Source: Solirubrobacterales bacterium (GTDB lineage Bacteria > Actinomycetota > Thermoleophilia > Solirubrobacterales > 70-9). Taken from it: DNA of 64,000 bases. Below the pieces are notes generated by a model, which saw nothing but the letters and a program-made list of their open reading frames with translations, searched no databases and was not told the origin of the DNA. The position numbers and the translations under genes are program-made. This document shows positions 28,304 through 35,123 of this stretch, one piece after another (position 1 is the stretch's first letter; the number at the start of each line of letters is the position of its first letter). The stretch spans positions 75,592-139,591 of the forward strand of contig DASZEL010000002.1 of NCBI GenBank assembly GCA_035940865.1. Direction: 5' to 3'.

Positions 28304-28337
28304 TCCGGAACCCGGGTTCGAATCCCCGTAGCGGTAT
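28304..28337 (+). repeat. Orphan copy of the tRNA-Glu 3' half (att-like direct repeat)
   Basis: See the islet entry above. There is no matching 5' half, so this is not a tRNA gene. Confidence 0.8.
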
Positions 28338-28348
28338 GAGCGGTAGCC

Positions 28349-29233
28349 TTGCTCACTCTGCAGGATCGGAATACATCTGTTGGTCCCGACCGAACGTCGC
28401 TTCGGCGGAGGCGCTTTTGGCTCTTCGGTGTCGGGCTTGCGACCCTGATCCTCCTGTTTGTCGTCTTCGCTTCCCAGCAGGGGAGTGGGGATGGCACCGG
28501 CGGTCCTCTGAACGCGATCGCGGAGGCTGCTGTGAAGACGCAGCGGCAAGGCGGCGGGCGCGCCGTCGTGCGGGGGGTCATCTCGGAGCCGGGGCGCTTC
28601 AAGTCACTCACCGTCACCGGTCATCTGGCTTATGACGGCTCGGGGCTGAGTCGCGGGACCGTGACTATGCCTGATCCGAATTCGAACGATCTCGTCAAGG
28701 TGGACATGGTGCAGGACGGGGCGAAGATGTACATGCGGTCGAGCCGGTTCGGCACGCTGCCGGACGGGCGCGAGTGGCTGGGGCTCGACCTCTCGCTGGG
28801 GGATGACGTCAGCTCCTCGTTTCCGGCCAGCGGGGACGCAAGGGAAGAACTGGAGCTGCTCGAACAGACCGCTGGTGGCGTGGACGAGATCGGGAAGGAA
28901 GATGTACGCGGCGTAGCGACGACGCGTTACCGCAGCGAGATCAGCGTCTCCGAGAGCGCCAACCGGCTGCGAGAAGAGGGCGCGGACACGATGGCGTCGG
29001 CCGTCGAAGAGCGGGGCGGGCCCGCTCAAGTCGAAGCATGGATCGACGCCAAGGGTCTGGTTCGACGAATGAGGATCGTCCAGTCGATGCCGGGGGAAGA
29101 AGGTGAGGGACCGCAAACCACCGATATGCGCATCGATTTCTTCGACTTCGGCCTCGAACCCGAGATCGACGTGCCCGACTCGAACGAAGTCTTCGACGCC
29201 ACCTCCCTCGCCAAGGAAGAGCTCGACGGCTAG
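28349..29233 (+). CDS. Membrane-anchored extracytoplasmic protein of unknown function (paralog of 42585..43589)
   Basis: TTG start, an N-terminal Arg-rich stretch plus TM segment, and blocks shared with the 42585 gene (e.g. TTRYR, GLVRRMRIV / GMLRRMRTV, DFFDFGLEPEIDVPD / DLFDYGIHPEIQLPD). Confidence 0.6.
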   Translation: MLTLQDRNTSVGPDRTSLRRRRFWLFGVGLATLILLFVVFASQQGSGDGTGGPLNAIAEAAVKTQRQGGGRAVVRGVISEPGRFKSLTVTGHLAYDGSGLSRGTVTMPDPNSNDLVKVDMVQDGAKMYMRSSRFGTLPDGREWLGLDLSLGDDVSSSFPASGDAREELELLEQTAGGVDEIGKEDVRGVATTRYRSEISVSESANRLREEGADTMASAVEERGGPAQVEAWIDAKGLVRRMRIVQSMPGEEGEGPQTTDMRIDFFDFGLEPEIDVPDSNEVFDATSLAKEELDG

Positions 29234-29275
29234 TCAGATTGCGCGCAACGAAATACGTTGCGCTAGACTCTCTCC

Positions 29276-29608
29276 ATGCCAGTTGCCACGGCGGAGAAGA
29301 TCACCGCGCTCAGCCACGACCTCGGCTCGCAGCGGCGCCTTGCGGAGCTGCTGGGCGTCAGCCCTGCACAAGTGACCCGCTGGCGGCGCGGCGGCGGGAT
29401 CGACTTGCAGAACGCCGAGCGGGTGGATCTGCTGGAGCTGCTCGTGGCCAGCCTGCTGCGGCTTTATCCGGCTGAGGCGGCGGAGCAGTGGCTGCTGGGG
29501 GTAAATCCGCACTTGGGGGATCGACGGCCGGTTGATCTAGTGCGAGCGGGCCGGGCGCAGGAGCTGCTCGGGGCCCTGGCGGCCGAGCGCGCCGGCGGGT
29601 TTGCTTGA
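29276..29608 (+). CDS. Xre/ParS/MbcA-like antitoxin (HTH + DUF2384-like C-terminal domain)
   Basis: HTH RRLAELLGVSPAQVTRWRRG and C-terminal WLLGVNPHLGDRRPVDLV, typical of antitoxins paired with RES toxins. Confidence 0.75.
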   Translation: MPVATAEKITALSHDLGSQRRLAELLGVSPAQVTRWRRGGGIDLQNAERVDLLELLVASLLRLYPAEAAEQWLLGVNPHLGDRRPVDLVRAGRAQELLGALAAERAGGFA

Positions 29609-30165
29609 GGCTTTGGCGGGCGCTGCCGCTCGATCGGCGGGCGAAGGCTAAGGAGGCGGGCGGGGCGCTGTGGTTCCCGCGCTTGCAGCAGGGAGGGGGA
29701 AGGCACGACAACCCCGATCTCTACGGCTGCCTCTACGTCGCCGAGGATCCCGTCTCGGCGGTGGCGGAGTTGCTGGCCCCGTTCCGGGGGACCGGGAAGC
29801 TGCTGCCGTCGATGCTGATCCGGTACGGGGAGCCGCTCTCGCTCGCCGCTCTCGACCTCGATGACGGGATCACGGTCGTCGATCTGGACGACCCAGCGAC
29901 CCTGCTCGCGACCGGGCTGCGTCCTTCGCAGGTGGCCACCCGTCACCGACAGCTGACGCAGCGCCAGGCGGCAGAGGTATACGAAGCCCATCCGAACGCT
30001 TTCGGTCTGCGCTGGTGGTCGACTCTGGAGTCCTCCTGGATCAACTGGACGATCTTCGACCGCGCCGCGCGATCGCTCGAGGTTGCCGCAACGGAGGAGC
30101 TGACGGTCGACCATCCGGTCGTGCACGAGGCCGCTGACCTGCTGGGGCTGCAGGCGGCTGGTTAG
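29605..30165 (+). CDS. RES-domain toxin (NAD+-targeting ParT/MbcT-like family)
   Basis: The TTG start overlaps the antitoxin stop (TTGA). It has a GGRHDNP..YGCLYVAEDPVSAVAE core and RES-type spacing of Arg/Glu/Ser. Confidence 0.7.
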   Translation: MRLWRALPLDRRAKAKEAGGALWFPRLQQGGGRHDNPDLYGCLYVAEDPVSAVAELLAPFRGTGKLLPSMLIRYGEPLSLAALDLDDGITVVDLDDPATLLATGLRPSQVATRHRQLTQRQAAEVYEAHPNAFGLRWWSTLESSWINWTIFDRAARSLEVAATEELTVDHPVVHEAADLLGLQAAG

Positions 30166-30175
30166 AGCGCGCCCC

Positions 30176-31873
30176 TCAGGGGCGGGCGACGATGAAGCGG
30201 TAGGTCACCACTGGGGATGCCGCGCCGGCGGCGGCAAGCGCTTTGACGCGGAAGACGTGGCTGCCGAAACGGAGCTTGTGCAGGGTCAGCGGCGAGTGGC
30301 ACGGCCGCCAAGGCCGGCGGTCGATCTTGCACTGGAACGTGCTGCCGGCGATGCTGGAGACGAAGCGGAAGGTCGGGGTCCGATCGTGGCCGTGATGGAC
30401 CGGGTGCCGGCGCAGCTTCACGATCGGGTTCTGGGCGGGTGCCGGAAGGGCCGGGGCCGACGGTTTGGGGGTTGAGGTCGCCTTGTCGGCCGGGCTCGGG
30501 CAGGGACCGCTGCCTGGCCCCGAGTCGATCGTGAAAGGCGTCGGCATGACGAAGGCGAAGTCCGACCGGCTCCAGTCGAACGCTTCGGTGAGGGCTTCGA
30601 ACGTGCCGCACTGCGGCGGGGTGAGGAAGAGAGAGGCGGCGGGGTCGACCTGGAGGTCGAGCTCTTCCAGCGGCAGCTGGGGCAGCTCCGGGATGACGAG
30701 TTCCGCTTCGCTTCCCGCGCTCACCAGCCAGGCCGGGAGCTTCAGTTCGGGCCCGGCGCCACCGGCGGCGAGGAAGAGGCGGTATTCGCTCGGAGATTCA
30801 GCGCCGCCAAAGTAGATGCCGCCTTCGAGGGCGCCGTCGCCGGCGGCCAGCGCCGTGCTGAAGGTGCCGATCTTCGAGGCCGCCGGACAGGCGGAAGGGT
30901 CTTCGGTGGCGAGGTTGGCCTCCGCGAGGGTGCAGGTCGCCTGCTGGGAGGCGGCTGCCTCGTTCACCGCCAGGCCCGGCAGGTAGAGCGCGATCGCTTC
31001 GGTATCCGAAGTGGCGAGGCCGTGGGGCGTCAGGTCCTGCGGGAGCTGGTATTCCATCCCGATCCCAGCCGCGCTGGCGGTCTCGGCGCTGCTGAGCGCG
31101 AACGCGGAGGCGGGCTCGAAAGCCAATTTGTCGCACCCGGTGACCGTCGGCCCGCTCGCCGTCGCCGTCGAGAATTCGTCCGGCTCCTCGTAGGAATTTG
31201 CGGTGACGCTGGCGCTGGTCGCCCCGCAGGCGGTGGGGTTGCGGGTGAACGGCGTCTGCGGGATGTTGGCCTGTCTGCCCCCGGGAATTTCGGAGGCGTG
31301 CGGGCCGCGTTCTTCGTCGTGGATCGGCGCCGGCGGCACCCCCCAGAGCGCGAGCTCGAGGCTCGCGATCGGCATCGCTTCGGGCAGTTCTTCGAACGCC
31401 AGCGAGAGCGAGTAACCGCTCGCGGCGCCGGCCCGCACCGGCACTTCCAGCGGTTCGGCGAAGCCGAGACTGTGGAAGGCGAGCCGCGCGACCTCGCCCG
31501 GCTCGGGTACGGCCAGGTAGACGGGGGTCTTTTCGAGGCTGCCGAAAGAGGCCACCTGGACGTCGACCACGCCAACCTGGGAGTCGATCGGGCATTCGTC
31601 GTCGGCGAGCTGCTGCGGTCCGCATCTGGGCAGGGTCCCGGGATAGAGGAAGAGCCCCGGAGGCAGCTGGACGACTGCGTCCTGCGCCGTTTCCGGCGCC
31701 CCGGGTTCGGCGAACGAGACGTGCACGGTCAGGTCCGGGTGGGCGCCAGCCTGCGCCGTCGAGGCATCGAACAAGAAGGATTCGACCTCGATCGCGGCCG
31801 CGGCCGATCCCGGCAGGGCGAGGATCCCTAGGCAGGCGAAGCAGAGAATGGTCGTGCGGAGCCCCCTGCGCAT
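30176..31873 (-). CDS. Large secreted hypothetical protein
   Basis: Signal peptide (ILALPGSAAAA) and a beta-rich body. The C-terminal Ig-like module carries paired Cys (STFQCKIDRRPWRPCHSPLT). Confidence 0.55.
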   Translation of the reverse strand: MRRGLRTTILCFACLGILALPGSAAAAIEVESFLFDASTAQAGAHPDLTVHVSFAEPGAPETAQDAVVQLPPGLFLYPGTLPRCGPQQLADDECPIDSQVGVVDVQVASFGSLEKTPVYLAVPEPGEVARLAFHSLGFAEPLEVPVRAGAASGYSLSLAFEELPEAMPIASLELALWGVPPAPIHDEERGPHASEIPGGRQANIPQTPFTRNPTACGATSASVTANSYEEPDEFSTATASGPTVTGCDKLAFEPASAFALSSAETASAAGIGMEYQLPQDLTPHGLATSDTEAIALYLPGLAVNEAAASQQATCTLAEANLATEDPSACPAASKIGTFSTALAAGDGALEGGIYFGGAESPSEYRLFLAAGGAGPELKLPAWLVSAGSEAELVIPELPQLPLEELDLQVDPAASLFLTPPQCGTFEALTEAFDWSRSDFAFVMPTPFTIDSGPGSGPCPSPADKATSTPKPSAPALPAPAQNPIVKLRRHPVHHGHDRTPTFRFVSSIAGSTFQCKIDRRPWRPCHSPLTLHKLRFGSHVFRVKALAAAGAASPVVTYRFIVARP

Positions 31874-31907
31874 CCCCGCCAGGGTACTGCGGGGCTCAGA
31901 GATGTGC

Positions 31908-33224
31908 CTATCGCTCAGCCGCGTTCGTCGGGTCGTTCGGGCTCGCCTGCGCCGGGTCGTTTGACCAGGCGCCCGGCGGCTCGGGGACCGGGCCGTTCAG
32001 CAACGGGTCCTCGGTGGCGCGCATCCACTCGAGCAGGCGCTCGCGCATTTCGCTGAGGATCTGCTGGCGGGTGGGGTCGGAGGAGAGGTCGTTGGCCTCA
32101 TTGGGGTCGAAGAGGAGGTCGTAGAGCTGCTCTTCGGGGACCCGTTGCTCGCCCCAGCCGGCCTCGACCAGGATCGACTTGCTGGCGCTGTCGTCGCAGT
32201 TGGCGAGGACGGGGCGGTCGTAGTCGTCGAAGCGGCGGATGTACTTGAAGCGCTCGGTGCGGACGGCGCGCAGAGGCTGGTAGGCGGCGTGGTAGGTCAT
32301 CTCGGCGAAGAGGGCGTCGTTGACCGCCGTCGTCTCGCCGCGGACCAGCGGCATCATGCTCGTGCCCTGGAGCCAGGGCGGCTCCTCGATCCCGGCCAGC
32401 TCGCAGATCGTCGGGTAGATATCGAGGTGGCTGACGATGCCGTCGAAGACGCGGCCGCCGAGGAAGCCCGGCCCTCGCATGATCAGCATCACCCCGATCC
32501 CACGGTCGTAGAGCGTCGCCTTCGAGTTGGGGAAGGCGAGGCCGTGATCGGTGGTGCAGATGATCAGCGTGCTGTCCTGGAGGCCGCACTGGTGGAGGCC
32601 GTTGAGGACGGCGCCGATCCCCTGGTCGAGCGAGCGGGCGCTGGCCTTGAAGGCGGCCATGTCGGCGCGGGTCTCCGGCGTGTCGGGCAGGTTCGCCGGC
32701 GGCAGCGAGTAGAGGGTGTCGCGGACCGAGGTCGGCACCCGGTAGGTGCGGTGGGTCTCGAAGAAGCCGACCGACATGAACCAGGGTTCAGCGGTCGCGC
32801 CGAGGCTCTCGATCGCGGTCGGGGCGATGTCGGCGGCGTGGTGGCTGTCGACCTCGATCACCTCGTCGTAGCCGATCACCTCCGGGTCCTCGGAGATGTG
32901 CTGCTCGCCGATCAGGACCGAGCGGTAGCCGGCCTCGCGGAGGGGATGCACGAGGTGCTGGCCGTAGTCGTTCAGCTCCCAGCCGCGGTGGGCGAGACCG
33001 AGCAGGCCGTTGTTGTGGCAGTACTGGCCGGTGAGGAGGGAGGCGCGGCTGCCCGAGCAGGTCGGGGCGGCGCAGAAGGCGTTGCGAAAGAGCACGCCCT
33101 GATCGGCCAGCAGCTGGATGTTCGGCGTCGGCACCGGGAACCCGTAGGGCTGGACGTAGCGCCCGGTGTCGTGGGAGTGGATGTAGAGGATGTTTGGCAG
33201 TTTGTTGATCCAATTAGTATACAA
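31908..33224 (-). CDS. Sulfatase-family hydrolase
   Basis: NILYIHSHD, the active-site block APTCSGSRASLLTG (a C-x-G-x-R variant of C-x-P-x-R), TTDHG and later sulfatase blocks. The apparent start is a TTG without an SD. Confidence 0.8.
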   Translation of the reverse strand: MYTNWINKLPNILYIHSHDTGRYVQPYGFPVPTPNIQLLADQGVLFRNAFCAAPTCSGSRASLLTGQYCHNNGLLGLAHRGWELNDYGQHLVHPLREAGYRSVLIGEQHISEDPEVIGYDEVIEVDSHHAADIAPTAIESLGATAEPWFMSVGFFETHRTYRVPTSVRDTLYSLPPANLPDTPETRADMAAFKASARSLDQGIGAVLNGLHQCGLQDSTLIICTTDHGLAFPNSKATLYDRGIGVMLIMRGPGFLGGRVFDGIVSHLDIYPTICELAGIEEPPWLQGTSMMPLVRGETTAVNDALFAEMTYHAAYQPLRAVRTERFKYIRRFDDYDRPVLANCDDSASKSILVEAGWGEQRVPEEQLYDLLFDPNEANDLSSDPTRQQILSEMRERLLEWMRATEDPLLNGPVPEPPGAWSNDPAQASPNDPTNAAER

Positions 33225-33232
33225 TTCGGCGA

Positions 33233-34120
33233 ATGCAGCTGCTCGGCATCGACCACGTCACCGCGATCACCGCCTCCCGCGAGGAGTGCCTCGACTTCTA
33301 CGCCGGGGTGCTTGACCTCGACCTGACGGGCTGCCCGCTGCCGGATTCGAGCGGCGGCGACCTCTGCTTCGGCGACGGGCGGGAGGGGCCAGCGGTGCTG
33401 CGCTTCGTCAACTCGCCCGAGGCGGCGACCGGGGCTCCCGGTCCCGGCATGGTCCACAGCATCCGCTGGTGGGTGCCAGGGCGCCGCGCGCTCGAGCAGT
33501 GGGCGGCGCGGTTCGAGCTCTTCGGCGTGCCGACCCGAATGACCTTCGACAGCAGCGGCGACCCCCTGGCCATGCATTTCTCCGATCCCGAGGGACTCGC
33601 CCATGAACTGATGCCGCAACCTGCGGCCGAGCGTTCGCGTCGCTTTGAGCCGACCCCCGGCCCGCCATCGGCGCTGAAGCTGGGCGGCGTCCGCGCCTTC
33701 GTCGCCGGCAGCGTCCAGAGCTTCGACCTGCTCGCCGGCCGGCTCGGGTTCAGCGCCGCTGGCGAGGGGGAGTGGCGGATCGGGCCGCCGCCCGCGCCCG
33801 CCCTCTATGCCTGCGACGCGCCGCCGCCGAACCGCCCCTTCCAAGGTGCCGGCACCGTCCACCACGTCGCCTGGCGCTGCGCGCCGGGGGAGGAGCGGGC
33901 CTGGCGCCAGCGGGTGATCGGGATGGGCGCGACCGTCAGCCGCCTCTCCGAGGAGCAGGGGATCAGGTGGTTCTTCTTCCGCGAGCCCGACGGCGTCCTC
34001 TTCTCGGTCGCCTCCGTCGCCCGCACTCTCTCGGCGTCGCCACCCACGTCGCTGCCGGCGCGGCCGCGCGAGCTGCCGGCGCGGATCGCGCGCCCGGTCG
34101 GCCTGCGCGCCGCCGCTTAG
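33233..34120 (+). CDS. VOC/glyoxalase-family ring-cleaving dioxygenase-like protein
   Basis: GIDHVTAIT...ECLDFYAGVLDL at the N-terminus and a second VOC module (VHHVAWRC...). Two tandem glyoxalase-fold halves. Confidence 0.7.
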   Translation: MQLLGIDHVTAITASREECLDFYAGVLDLDLTGCPLPDSSGGDLCFGDGREGPAVLRFVNSPEAATGAPGPGMVHSIRWWVPGRRALEQWAARFELFGVPTRMTFDSSGDPLAMHFSDPEGLAHELMPQPAAERSRRFEPTPGPPSALKLGGVRAFVAGSVQSFDLLAGRLGFSAAGEGEWRIGPPPAPALYACDAPPPNRPFQGAGTVHHVAWRCAPGEERAWRQRVIGMGATVSRLSEEQGIRWFFFREPDGVLFSVASVARTLSASPPTSLPARPRELPARIARPVGLRAAA

Positions 34121-34193
34121 CCCCGATTACCCGGAACTAGGATTTCTTCCGCGAAGTCTTCTGAGTACAGGGACAGCCGGTACGCTGCTGCGG

Positions 34194-35123
34194 ATGAGGC
34201 GAGCAGCGGTGTTCCTATTGCTCCTGGCGATTTGCGTCTGCGCTCCGGCTGGATCGGCCGCGGCGGCGAGCGCTCCGACGATCGAATACGGAGCGGCGGA
34301 CCCGATCCGCAACCACGAAGCGACGCTGCACTTCTCGATCGACCCGGGTGGCCTCGAAACCGAATACGAAGTCGAACACGCGCGGGTTGGCGAAAGCTTC
34401 CAGGACTGGCACATGCCGAACCTGGTTCCCGCCGGGGAAGAACCGGTGGCGCAGGAAGTCACGCTTCCTCGCTACTGGGAAGGCGGCCTGGCAGCCGGGT
34501 TCGAACACGAATGGCGGGTGCGGGCCTGGAACGCCGTAGGCGAAACGATCGGACCGGTACAGCACTTCATCACCCCGAATGGGCCGCGGCCGGCGATCGC
34601 CAACGGGACCGGGACCCAGATCGGGCCGGGCATGGCGGAACTGACTGCGACCGTCGATCCCGAAGGGTCGTCGCTCACCGGCTGTCGCTTCCGCTACCTC
34701 GACGAGGGCCTGTACAGCTGGCCCGGGTTCGACTGGCACGACGCGATCGGGCCGATCCGCATCGGCGAAACCGTCCCCTGCACCGAGAGCCTCGAAGGAA
34801 TCGGGTCCGGAACCGAACCGGTCACCGTCCATGGCGTCGTCACCGGCCTTGTCCCGGGCAGCTACTACTTCCGCATCGAGGCCGAGAACCAGTACGAAGA
34901 CGCAGAACTGATCCTCGGCGCGCCCTTCACCATCAGCTCCGTCGAGCAGCCGTCGCCGCCGGTGCCGCCCGTTGCCGGCGTGGACCCGCCGGGCATCGGT
35001 AAAGCACCCGGACTGGGCAAAGCGCCCGGCCTTCAGGCGGCCCCGGGCTTGAAGAAGGCGCGCAAGAAGTCGGGCCGCCGGCACCAGCTGCGTCGCAACG
35101 CGACGATCGCCGCTCCCCGCTAG
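34194..35123 (+). CDS. Secreted protein with fibronectin-III-like repeats
   Basis: Signal peptide, repeated beta-sandwich-like segments (TLHFSIDPGGLETEYEVEH; ELTATVDPEGSSLTGCRFRY) and a C-terminal GKAPGL short repeat with a basic tail. Confidence 0.55.
   Translation: MRRAAVFLLLLAICVCAPAGSAAAASAPTIEYGAADPIRNHEATLHFSIDPGGLETEYEVEHARVGESFQDWHMPNLVPAGEEPVAQEVTLPRYWEGGLAAGFEHEWRVRAWNAVGETIGPVQHFITPNGPRPAIANGTGTQIGPGMAELTATVDPEGSSLTGCRFRYLDEGLYSWPGFDWHDAIGPIRIGETVPCTESLEGIGSGTEPVTVHGVVTGLVPGSYYFRIEAENQYEDAELILGAPFTISSVEQPSPPVPPVAGVDPPGIGKAPGLGKAPGLQAAPGLKKARKKSGRRHQLRRNATIAAPR

Larger units (their letters stand above)
26865..28337. mobile_element. Remnant tRNA-Glu-associated integrated islet, bounded by a direct repeat of the tRNA 3' end; no integrase is present
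   Basis: TCCGGAAACCGGGGTTCGAATCCCCGTAGCGGTAT (26831-26865, inside the tRNA) recurs as TCCGGAACCCGGGTTCGAATCCCCGTAGCGGTAT at 28304-28337, with an identical core GGGTTCGAATCCCCGTAGCGGTAT. The interior is visibly lower in G+C and carries a TA pair. Confidence 0.6.

Noticed and set aside
28304-28337. Possible extra tRNA gene
   Set aside because: Only the 3' half (T-arm plus acceptor 3' strand) is present and no 5' half or anticodon arm can be folded. I interpret it as an att-type repeat.
26865-30170. Integrase, excisionase or transposase expected next to the tRNA att repeats
   Set aside because: I read all six frames in this interval and found no tyrosine- or serine-recombinase or DDE motifs. 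The islet is therefore called a remnant, not an active element.
34990-35060. Imperfect 18-nt tandem repeat (GKAPGL units)
   Set aside because: It is a short in-frame low-complexity tail of a secreted protein. It is only about 3 units long and is not an independent feature.
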